This document shows, one piece after another, positions 1-8,085 of a stretch of DNA of 64,000 nt (position 1 is the first letter of the stretch; each line of letters opens with the position of its first letter). This stretch comes from an uncultured Candidatus Saccharibacteria bacterium (GTDB taxonomy: Bacteria > Patescibacteriota > Minisyncoccia > Phycocordibacterales > UBA12445). The translations under genes were made by a program, and so were the position numbers. The stretch lies in assembly GCA_964531375.1 (NCBI GenBank), contig CAZHDO010000001.1:196861-260860 (forward strand), given 5' to 3'. The notes under the pieces are model-generated. The model had not been told where the DNA came from and searched no databases. It was given only the letters and a program-made list of their open reading frames with translations.

Positions 1-174
1 ATATGTGCATGAAATAAAGAGTCCGAGTAATAAAATATATTTTATTTTATTTTTCATTTAATAAAAATAAGTGCTAATAATAGATGTGTTTATAATTTTA
101 AATATTAACACAAATCCAGCGGTGAAAAAATATTTTATACACAGCGAAACATTAAAATAAAAAGGTCTAAATAA

Positions 175-202
175 TTGCAAAAAGACTTCTTTGTGTTAGA
201 AT
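175..202 (+). promoter_or_regulatory. sigma70-like promoter for tRNA-Leu (TTGCAA -16- tgtTAGAAT)
   Basis: TTGCAA at 175-180, a 16-nt spacer, then the extended -10 TGtTAGAAT at 194-202. The tRNA 5' end lies about 19 nt downstream. Confidence 0.4.
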
Positions 203-220
203 CTTTTTGTTGATGAATTT

Positions 221-304
221 GCCGCGGTGGCGGAATTGGTAGACGCAATAGACTCAAAATCTATCGATCGCAAGGTCATGAGAGTTCGAGTCTCTCCCGC
301 GGCA
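221..304 (+). tRNA. tRNA-Leu(CAA), type II with long variable arm
   Basis: Hand-folded. Acceptor stem GCCGCGG pairs with CCGCGGC, discriminator A. Three-bp D-stem with an 11-nt D-loop. Anticodon arm ATAGA/CTCAAAA/TCTAT gives anticodon CAA. Long variable arm. T-arm GAGAG/TTCGAGT/CTCTC. CCA is not encoded. Confidence 0.85.
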
Positions 305-310
305 CAAAAC

Positions 311-350
311 AACCACCTAAATGTGAAAACATTTAGGTGGTTTTGTTTTT
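311..350 (+). terminator. rho-independent terminator after tRNA-Leu
   Basis: 13-bp stem AACCACCTAAATG pairs with CATTTAGGTGGTT, followed by TTTGTTTTT. Confidence 0.6.
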
Positions 351-466
351 GTAGTCGCGGGAGAGACTCGAAAGACGGAAGCGGGCCCCTTGCTGAAAGC
401 AAGGGAGCTGAGTCAGGGTCGCGCAAAATTTGCTGAAGCAAATTTATGTGTGACCGAGTCTCTCTT
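351..466 (+). repeat. tRNA-trailer structured element, copy L (family also at 17309-17443 and 15817-15961)
   Basis: It starts GGGAGAGACTCG, the reverse complement of the tRNA-Leu T-arm 3' strand, and ends CCGAGTCTCTC, a direct copy of that strand. The core CGAAAGACGGAAGCGGGCCCC, the GAAA-loop hairpin CCTTGCT/AGCAAGG and a second hairpin AAATTTGC-TGAA-GCAAATTT are shared with the other copies. Confidence 0.5.
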
Positions 467-600
467 TTTATAGTATAATTTTTTATTCTGTATTGATATT
501 TCCTCCTAGAACTCTTACCCCCATTTGTGCTAATATATCCCAATGTCTCATTTGTGAGACTTAATGATGTTTTGGCACTTTTATCTTATTTTTGCTGTAA

Positions 601-2172
601 GTGTCAAACCATAAAAATAAAATGCTTTCACCAAATATTAATATAGTTTTAAAGGGTTTGGGGTCGTACAAAGAGGGTGGTATATACGCAAGTAATAATG
701 AACCGATGGTAAGTGTAAACAATCTTACTGGTAAGGTCGGTACTCTTTATGAAAAAATGCGTTATCTTGTTGATTACAAGGAGGAGCATTCTATTAGGAG
801 AAATGCAATTGAGCGTATTCTTAAAAGGAATATTCTGATGGAAGATAATTCTGAAATTGGTCTTTCTTTGTTACGCGAACTGGTTAGTAGTGGATATTTG
901 CCTGACAAAAGTGTACCTGAGAGTGTTGCGGGTAAGATTCAATTGATTGCAAATAAATATCTTATTTTAGGAATTGCTTGTGGTATTGAGAAAAAACGAG
1001 TAGTTAGTTTAATGGCTAGTGAGATAGAGAGATTTCTTTTTCCGCAACTTATAAATGATTTGGTTCTGGATTGGTTTTATTCGACAATCTCTGTTGGTAT
1101 TAATTATTCCGAAAAGATTCCTGTTGAAGAGCTTAATATTCAAACTTATATAGCATGTAGGCATAGTTTTTTACAGGATGATCGAGAGACTTTGCTTTAT
1201 GCAGTCTTGATAAAAAATCTTCCAGAATTACCCAAGATTATAGATGAAACTGAAATAAAAAATATTGCATTAAGGTTTTCAGAAATATTAACCGCTTCAG
1301 AAAAGGATATTAAGGATCCATTAGCCTGGAAAATATCTTCAAAACTTAAAAATTACTCTGTCTATTTTTCTGTTTTAAAGGAGATTGTTGAGAAATATGG
1401 ATTAGTTTCAGAGTCTTTGTTTAATGATAAAGCTCGACTCGCAGAAGAAATTAAAAAAATATTAGAAGATAAATATAAGAGGCATGGAGATATTATTAGT
1501 AAGAGTGGTACAAGAGCCATTGAGTATATTTTATTAACAAAAATTGGCCTCGCTTTTTTATTAGAACTTCCATACGAAAAAATATTTCTTGCGTCCGTTG
1601 ATTATTTCGCCCTTGGTGTGAATGTAATTTTTCATCCACTTTTGCTTTTTCTAATGGTGAAGACAATTAGACCACCATCATTAGGTAATACAAGCTTAAT
1701 TGTTAGCGGTATTAACTCTATTGTTGAAAACGAAGATATAAAAACAATACACATCAAATCTTCGAGTGATGGTATTTTTATGCAAATTGTATTTGGTTTG
1801 CTTTATTTTGCGTTGTGTACGATAAGTTTTGGTCTTATTTTTGGAATTCTTAAAACTCTTAATTTTAGTATAATAAGTATGTTTTTGTTCTTATTATTCT
1901 TGACGCTCGTAAGTTATTTTGGTTTTCGTATACGCCACAATGCCAGAAAGTGGATTATATATATTGAAGATGATCGAATTTTAACATTATTATGGAACTT
2001 TTTTACCTTTCCAATTATTAATGTGGGTAGGTGGTTAAGCAGAAAATTCTCATCAATAAATATCTTTGTTTTTGCATTAGATATTATTCTGGAGACCCCA
2101 TTTAAGCTTATTCTTAGTACATTTGATTCATTCATTTATTTCTTAAAAGAAAAAGGGGAAGATTCCTATTAA
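601..2172 (+). CDS. hypothetical protein: about 330-aa soluble helical N-terminal region plus a C-terminal polytopic membrane region
   Basis: 523-aa ORF. The C-terminal 180 aa contain several hydrophobic segments. No motif recognised. The start is GTG at 601 or ATG at 622. A candidate TAGTATAAT -10 lies at 471-479. Confidence 0.55.
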   Translation: MSNHKNKMLSPNINIVLKGLGSYKEGGIYASNNEPMVSVNNLTGKVGTLYEKMRYLVDYKEEHSIRRNAIERILKRNILMEDNSEIGLSLLRELVSSGYLPDKSVPESVAGKIQLIANKYLILGIACGIEKKRVVSLMASEIERFLFPQLINDLVLDWFYSTISVGINYSEKIPVEELNIQTYIACRHSFLQDDRETLLYAVLIKNLPELPKIIDETEIKNIALRFSEILTASEKDIKDPLAWKISSKLKNYSVYFSVLKEIVEKYGLVSESLFNDKARLAEEIKKILEDKYKRHGDIISKSGTRAIEYILLTKIGLAFLLELPYEKIFLASVDYFALGVNVIFHPLLLFLMVKTIRPPSLGNTSLIVSGINSIVENEDIKTIHIKSSSDGIFMQIVFGLLYFALCTISFGLIFGILKTLNFSIISMFLFLLFLTLVSYFGFRIRHNARKWIIYIEDDRILTLLWNFFTFPIINVGRWLSRKFSSINIFVFALDIILETPFKLILSTFDSFIYFLKEKGEDSY

Positions 2173-2232
2173 TTTTTTTATTTTTAGAAGAATAATTTTT
2201 GTTTATAAATAACAAAAAACTGTTCCTCGTTT

Positions 2233-2258
2233 TTGTAAATTTTTTTTTGTGCTAGAAT
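2233..2258 (+). promoter_or_regulatory. extended -10 promoter TGcTAGAAT upstream of parB
   Basis: TGCTAGAAT at 2250-2258, with TTGTAA at 2233-2238. The ATG is at 2297. Confidence 0.4.
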
Positions 2259-2296
2259 TAGTCTACAAAATTTAATAATTAAGTTTTAAATTACAC

Positions 2297-3289
2297 ATGG
2301 ACCCGCTTGAAAGTAAAAATAATATAAGTAATTCCATTTTCTGGATAGATACAGATAAAATAAAACCAAACCCTTTTCAGCCAAGAAGAGAGTTTGATGA
2401 TAAAACACTCCACGAACTTGCTGATTCAATTAAGCAGTACGGTATTCTTCAGCCTCTTGTCGCAACAAGAAAAGAGTATGAGAAAGAAGATGGTGGTTTG
2501 GGAGTTGAATATGAACTTATCTCAGGAGAGAGAAGATTGAGGGCATCAAAAATCGCAGGGTTACTTCAGGTTCCTGTCGTTATAAGAACAGGGGATCAGT
2601 CTGATACATTAAAGTTTGAATTGGCAATCATTGAGAATCTCCAAAGAGAAGATTTGAATGTTATTGACAGGGCGAAGGCTTTCCAACAGCTTGTAGAAAA
2701 GTTTAATTATAAACATGTTGAAATTGCAGCCAAGGTTGGCAAGAGTAGGGAGTATGTTTCTAATAGTATTAGAATATTGTCGCTTTGTCCTGAAATTCAA
2801 GATGCAATCATTGCTCGTAAAATAACAGAAGGTCATTGTAGGCCCCTTCTTATGCTTTGTGATAAGCCAGCAGAGCAGATAACCTTGTTTAAAGAGATAA
2901 TATATAAGAAGCTTACTGTTAGAGAGGCTGAGTCAATTTCAAGACATATTGCCACTGACAAGGTTAGGAAGAAAGAATACATTATCGATCCAGATATTTT
3001 AGATATGGAATCGAGGCTTACAGAAAAATTAGGAACTCGTGTTCATATAGAAAAAAGAGATTTTGGTGGAAAAGTTACGATAGATTTCTTTTCAAAAGAC
3101 GACTTGCGAAGTCTTCTCGATTTGGTGTCAAAGGGTAAAATTTCCATTCCAGCCGGCACTGCAGCGTCAATTGAAAACGCACTACAAACAACAGATTCTC
3201 TCTCTGGAGATGAGGCTCCTATTGACGACAGTACTCCTGAAGAATATGAAGACCCAGACCTGTACTCTATGAAAAATTTTAGTCTATAA
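2297..3289 (+). CDS. parB: ParB/Spo0J chromosome-partitioning protein (ParB N-terminal domain, HTH, acidic C-terminal tail)
   Basis: IDKIKPNPFQPRREFD, ELADSIKQYGILQPLV and GERRLRASKIAGL are ParB-box signatures. Confidence 0.85.
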   Translation: MDPLESKNNISNSIFWIDTDKIKPNPFQPRREFDDKTLHELADSIKQYGILQPLVATRKEYEKEDGGLGVEYELISGERRLRASKIAGLLQVPVVIRTGDQSDTLKFELAIIENLQREDLNVIDRAKAFQQLVEKFNYKHVEIAAKVGKSREYVSNSIRILSLCPEIQDAIIARKITEGHCRPLLMLCDKPAEQITLFKEIIYKKLTVREAESISRHIATDKVRKKEYIIDPDILDMESRLTEKLGTRVHIEKRDFGGKVTIDFFSKDDLRSLLDLVSKGKISIPAGTAASIENALQTTDSLSGDEAPIDDSTPEEYEDPDLYSMKNFSL

Positions 3290-3331
3290 TTAAAAACATC
3301 GCTCTTGATTGAGCGATGTTTTTTGAGTCTT

Positions 3332-4861
3332 TTATTTTTTGTCTTTTTTTCTGGCGTTCTCATTTGTTCCTGTTGCCATTTTTATGCGCTTTATTGCTTC
3401 GGTCGTTTTTGCAAATTCAAGCCACTTGTAGCTTGGAGTACTATTTTCTCTTGTGATTATATCTACAATGTCTCCATTTTTAAGAACAGTGTCGAAGGAG
3501 ACAAATTTGTTATTAACTTTCGCTCCGAAAGCGTGATTTCCGATATCTGAATGAATAATATAAGCAAAATCTATTGGACTTGCACCTTCTGGCAGCTCTA
3601 TAACATCTCCCTTGGGTGTAAAGACGAAAATCTGATCTGTAAAAAAGTCCGTCTTTAAATTATCTAAGAAATTTTCCGATTCATCTAGGTTTTTTTGCCA
3701 CTCAATTAGTCTATTTATCCACCTGATTTTTTTGGTCAAAACACCTCCGCTTTTTGGTTTTCCTTGTTCGTCGTAGGCAATGTGTGAAGTGATACCAAAT
3801 TCAGCCTCTTCGTGCATTTTCTCGCTTCTAATCTGTATCTCAACCATACCGCCGTCGCCAGTGAATATGACTGTGTGAATACTTTGATATCCGTTTGGTT
3901 TTGGTACGGCAATATAATCTTTAAGTTTATCAGGAAGTGGTCTCCATGTGTTGTGAATAATTCCAAGCACCCTGTAACAATCTTCTGTACTTGGGACAAT
4001 TATTCGCAGGGCCGAAATATCATAAACCTTGTCTATGTCCATATTGGAACGCAGGAGCTTTTTGTACAGGCTGTATATATGTTTTACCCTGAAGTCAGTT
4101 TTGAATTTTGTTATACCAGCCTTAACGAGCCGTTTGCAGAGAACCCTATTAATTTTGGATAATTTATTTGTGAATTCTTTTGATTTTGATTGAACCAGTT
4201 TTTGTGTTTGTTTGTATTCGTCGGGATATAAAAAGGGGAAAGAGTTATCTTCGAGCTTTCCTTTCATTTGGCCCATTCCAAGACGATTCGCTATTGGCGC
4301 GTATATTTCTATTGTTTCAAGAGCGATCCTTTTTGCGTTTTCCGGCTTAACATCATGTAAATTTTTCAGAGTTTCAACATTATTTAATCTATCTGCAAGT
4401 TTAATTAATAAAACTCTGATATCTTTTGCCGTTGCAATAAAAAGCTTACGGAGACTTTCCGCGTGCCTTTCAAGTCCATGATATTTAATTTTTCCTAGTT
4501 TAGTGACCCCTTCTACCATGAAGAAAATATCTTCACTAAAGTTTTTTACAATATCTTCTTTTGTCGTTTTGGTGTCTTCGAGCGTGTCGTGAAGTAGTCC
4601 AGCTGCGATCGTTTCCGTATCTGCTCTTAGTTTGGCCAGATTTTTAGCTGTGCTGACAAGGTGTACTAAATATGGTTCGCCAGATAGTCTTTTGTGTTCA
4701 TGATGAGCTTCTTTGGCAAAATCGTAAGCTTTTTGAATTAATTTATTATCTGAATCGTTTGGGTGTGCCATCAAGCCTAAAATATCCTGAACATCTTTTG
4801 AGCAGTCATAACATATGTTTATATTGTTGGAAATTTTTTCTTCCATATGTGAATTATACAT
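3332..4861 (-). CDS. rel: (p)ppGpp synthetase/hydrolase Rel/SpoT homolog, truncated form (HD + synthetase + TGS only)
   Basis: HD motif HHEHKRLSGEPYLVHLV...LLHDTLEDT. A RelA/SpoT synthetase region. A TGS domain (FVFTPKGDVIELPEGASPIDFAYIIHSDIG). Only 509 aa, with no C-terminal ZFD/ACT region. Confidence 0.85.
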   Translation of the reverse strand: MYNSHMEEKISNNINICYDCSKDVQDILGLMAHPNDSDNKLIQKAYDFAKEAHHEHKRLSGEPYLVHLVSTAKNLAKLRADTETIAAGLLHDTLEDTKTTKEDIVKNFSEDIFFMVEGVTKLGKIKYHGLERHAESLRKLFIATAKDIRVLLIKLADRLNNVETLKNLHDVKPENAKRIALETIEIYAPIANRLGMGQMKGKLEDNSFPFLYPDEYKQTQKLVQSKSKEFTNKLSKINRVLCKRLVKAGITKFKTDFRVKHIYSLYKKLLRSNMDIDKVYDISALRIIVPSTEDCYRVLGIIHNTWRPLPDKLKDYIAVPKPNGYQSIHTVIFTGDGGMVEIQIRSEKMHEEAEFGITSHIAYDEQGKPKSGGVLTKKIRWINRLIEWQKNLDESENFLDNLKTDFFTDQIFVFTPKGDVIELPEGASPIDFAYIIHSDIGNHAFGAKVNNKFVSFDTVLKNGDIVDIITRENSTPSYKWLEFAKTTEAIKRIKMATGTNENARKKDKK

Positions 4862-4916
4862 TTTTTGATTTTAAAAATGTACTTGCTAATTAGTGTAAAT
4901 AGATATTGTTGTGATT

Positions 4917-7079
4917 TTATTTTTTTAGTCCAGGTCGGAAATTCTCACATTCTCTTTTGCTGCATCTTTCTGGGATGGTTTTTGTTCCCTCCATCATTAA
5001 GGAACCACACTTGTCGCAAATTCTTCCTGTTGGCTTTGCTTTCATTGCGAATTTACATTTTGGATAATTTGAACAGCTAAAGAATACCCCGAACCTACCT
5101 TTTCTTTCTGAGATTTCTCCTTCTTTGCATTCTGGACATTTTATTCCCGTACCTCTTGTGTCTTCAACTCCTTCTTCTTTTTTTATAAATTTACATTTAG
5201 GATAATTGTTGCAAGCTGTAAATTTTCCGAATTTACCCTCTCTTTCTACAAGCATTCCATCTTTGCATTCCGTGCATTTTTCTCCAGTTTCCTTTGGCCC
5301 CTCCATTATTTCACCTGTTATTTTCCTTGCACCAGTACATTCTGGAAATTTTTCACAACTCAGGAATTTTCCACTGCGTCCAAGTTTTATAACCATACCT
5401 GCTTCGCATAAAGGACACTTAATATCTTTATCTGCGTTTCCAAGTGTCGTTATTTTGTCTACCTTATCTTTTGCCTTAACCTCTTTTTTGAATGGAGTAT
5501 AAAAATCTCCTAAAACTTTTTCGTATACTTTTGTGCCGTTTGCAATTTCATCCAGATCTTCTTCCATTTGCGCTGTAAAAGTATCGCTTATTACATTTCC
5601 GAAATGTTCTTCAAGGAAGCTACTTACAACATCTCCGGTGTCTGTGGGTTTTAGAGATTTATTGTCTTTTTCAACGTAGTTTCTAGAAATAAGGGTTTGA
5701 ATGATTGCAGCATATGTACTTGGTCTACCAATTCCTCTTTTTTCAAGTTCTTTAACTAGGCCCGCTTCGGAATATCTAGCTGGTGGTTCTGTTTGTTTGC
5801 CCTCTGAATTTATGTCGACAATGTTTAATTTTTCGTCTTTTTGTAGTTCTGGCAAAAGAGTATCTTCTCCTTTGGAATAATCATCGCATAGTAACCAGCC
5901 TGGGGACACTAATCTTGAGCCATTTGTTCCGTATGGTTTAACTGTTTTGTCTCCTACTTCAGCAAGAACCTTTGTTCGAATGAATTCGGCGTCTGGCATT
6001 TGACTTGATACTGTTCTGCGCCAAATCAATTCATATAGCTTAGTTTCTTCTGGTTGCCCGGAAATAGTCTTCTTATCCATCTTTGTTGGCCTTATTGCTT
6101 CGTGTGCTTCCTGTGCGTTTTTAACTTTTGTTTTGTATTCTTTTGGGCTCCAGAATTTTTCTCCGTATTCTTTAGTTATAACATTTTTGATTCCAGATAA
6201 AGCTTCTTGGCTTAGGTTCGTGCTGTCTGTTCTCATGTATGATATATGACCAGCTTCGTAGAGTTTCTGTGCAACTTTCATTGTTCGCGAGGGGGAGAAG
6301 CCAAGGGCGGAGCTTGCTGTTTGTTGAATTGTTGAGGTTGTAAATGGAGCCCTGGCTTTTCTCGAATAATTACTTTCTTCGATACTAGAGATTCTTAAGT
6401 CTAATTTTTTAGAAATTTCAACAACCCTATTTGCTTCTTCCTCTGTCTTTGGTTCTTCTGAATATGTAAATTCAATAGAAATATTTTTTTCAGTTTTTGT
6501 GTCTGCTTTTATTACCCAGTATTTTTCTGGAATGAAAGCTCTTATCTCTCTTTCGCGCTCCATTATTATTCTAAGAGCAGGGGATTGAACTCGTCCTGCA
6601 GACAGGCCGTAACGAACCTTTTTCCAAATAAGACCAGAGAGGTCGTATCCAACAAGTCTATCTAATACACGTCTTGCTTCTTGTGCTTTTCTTAAATTTT
6701 GGTCGATTTCTCTTGGGTGCGTTACAGCCTCTTTCACGGCTCTTTCTGTAATCTCGTGGAAAGTAACTCTTTTTGGATTTTTAAGTTTTAATGCTTCAGC
6801 CACGTGCCACGCGATAGCTTCTCCTTCTCGATCGGGGTCGGTTGCGAGTAGTATTTCGTCAGCTTTTTTTGATAGCTCTTTAAGCTCGGAAACTACTTTT
6901 TCCTTTCCTTTTGAGATCTCATAACGAGGAATAAAACCGCCATCAATATCAATGGCTTCTTTGTTGCTTTTTGGTAAATCTCTAATGTGTCCGACACTTG
7001 CCTTAACTGTATATTTATTGTCTAGGTATTTAGAAATTGTTTTCGCTTTTGCTGGTGACTCAACAATTAATAGTTTCAT
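4917..7079 (-). CDS. topA: DNA topoisomerase I
   Basis: TOPRIM N-terminus MKLLIVESPAKAKTISKYL...GHIRDLP. A topoisomerase IA core. Several C-terminal C4 zinc ribbons (CPxC...CxxC). Confidence 0.95.
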   Translation of the reverse strand: MKLLIVESPAKAKTISKYLDNKYTVKASVGHIRDLPKSNKEAIDIDGGFIPRYEISKGKEKVVSELKELSKKADEILLATDPDREGEAIAWHVAEALKLKNPKRVTFHEITERAVKEAVTHPREIDQNLRKAQEARRVLDRLVGYDLSGLIWKKVRYGLSAGRVQSPALRIIMEREREIRAFIPEKYWVIKADTKTEKNISIEFTYSEEPKTEEEANRVVEISKKLDLRISSIEESNYSRKARAPFTTSTIQQTASSALGFSPSRTMKVAQKLYEAGHISYMRTDSTNLSQEALSGIKNVITKEYGEKFWSPKEYKTKVKNAQEAHEAIRPTKMDKKTISGQPEETKLYELIWRRTVSSQMPDAEFIRTKVLAEVGDKTVKPYGTNGSRLVSPGWLLCDDYSKGEDTLLPELQKDEKLNIVDINSEGKQTEPPARYSEAGLVKELEKRGIGRPSTYAAIIQTLISRNYVEKDNKSLKPTDTGDVVSSFLEEHFGNVISDTFTAQMEEDLDEIANGTKVYEKVLGDFYTPFKKEVKAKDKVDKITTLGNADKDIKCPLCEAGMVIKLGRSGKFLSCEKFPECTGARKITGEIMEGPKETGEKCTECKDGMLVEREGKFGKFTACNNYPKCKFIKKEEGVEDTRGTGIKCPECKEGEISERKGRFGVFFSCSNYPKCKFAMKAKPTGRICDKCGSLMMEGTKTIPERCSKRECENFRPGLKK

Positions 7080-7160
7080 ATTTGGCTAATAGTAATGTGT
7101 TTTTATAGATAATGTCAAATACCGCTTTTTAAAATCTAAATTTTAATCCAAAACAATATT

Positions 7161-8036
7161 TTATAAGTTGATTCTAATTTCACCAAGCGATTCAGTAATA
7201 AGTCCCTTAATCTCCATTATAGATAAGAGAGTGTTGGCTTCGCTTATCGGTAATTCTATTTTTCTAAGCAATTCGTCTCTGATTAGTGGTTCTGTGGTAA
7301 GGATTTTCAACACCATTTTCTCATTGTCAGAAAAATCATCACTTTCTAAATCTAAGCTTTTTTGCTTTGTTTCTGTATCTATTCCAAGTGATTTTAATAC
7401 TTCTTCTCCTGAAGATACCGGCGTTGCTCCTAGGTTTATGAGCTTATTAGATCCAACTGAATTAGGAGAAAAAATTGAACCAGGAATGACGAGAAGATCT
7501 CTATTGTATTCAGTCGCCAATCTAGCTGTTATTAATGTGCCAGATTTCTCCCCAGCCTCTATGACAAGTATGGCTTTTGAAAGACCGGCCATAATTCTGT
7601 TTCTTTGTGGAAAAGTATACAGAGTTGCAGTTTGGTCTAGGTCGAATTCAGAAAGAAGAGCTCCGTCTTTTTCGATTATTTCATCTGCGAGTTTTCTGTT
7701 TAAGGACGGATACAAAACTTTTCTATCTAGTCCTGAGCCGGGAACTGCGACTGTTTTTAGACCAACTTCCATTGCTTTTTTATGCGCGATTGTATCAATG
7801 CCGTAAGCTAAACCTGAAACAATTACTATATTTTGGCCCGCAAGTTCGGAGATAATTTTTTCACAAGCATCTTTTCCATAGTTAGAACATTTTCTGGAAC
7901 CGACTACTGTTAGAAAAATGTAATCATCTAGGCTTGGAAGTGTGCCTTCTGTAAAAAGTTGTTTTGGTGGTTGTGGTATTTCGAGAAGTGGTTTAGGAAA
8001 ATTTTCAGGTAGAATTTTATTGAAAATATTTTTCAT
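7161..8036 (-). CDS. dprA: DNA processing protein DprA (Smf)
   Basis: VVGSRKCSNYG...IVSGLAYGIDTIAHKKA...QRNRIMAGLS is the DprA Rossmann-like signature. C-terminal DML1-like HTH. Confidence 0.85.
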   Translation of the reverse strand: MKNIFNKILPENFPKPLLEIPQPPKQLFTEGTLPSLDDYIFLTVVGSRKCSNYGKDACEKIISELAGQNIVIVSGLAYGIDTIAHKKAMEVGLKTVAVPGSGLDRKVLYPSLNRKLADEIIEKDGALLSEFDLDQTATLYTFPQRNRIMAGLSKAILVIEAGEKSGTLITARLATEYNRDLLVIPGSIFSPNSVGSNKLINLGATPVSSGEEVLKSLGIDTETKQKSLDLESDDFSDNEKMVLKILTTEPLIRDELLRKIELPISEANTLLSIMEIKGLITESLGEIRINL

Positions 8037-8085
8037 TTAATTGAAATACTATCATTTTTTTCACTTTTTTGATAATATTTATTTT

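Noticed and set aside
346-466. Hammerhead, twister or other named small self-cleaving ribozyme in the tRNA trailer element
   Set aside because: The conserved CUGAUGA/GAAA hammerhead core and other ribozyme signatures I can recall are absent. CTGAAAG within P2 is only a GNRA-type loop context. Left as an unclassified structured element.
196-543. ORF-track entries 196..543 (-) and 227..436 (+)
   Set aside because: They overlap tRNA-Leu, its terminator and the structured trailer element. They are artefacts of the GC-richer RNA region.
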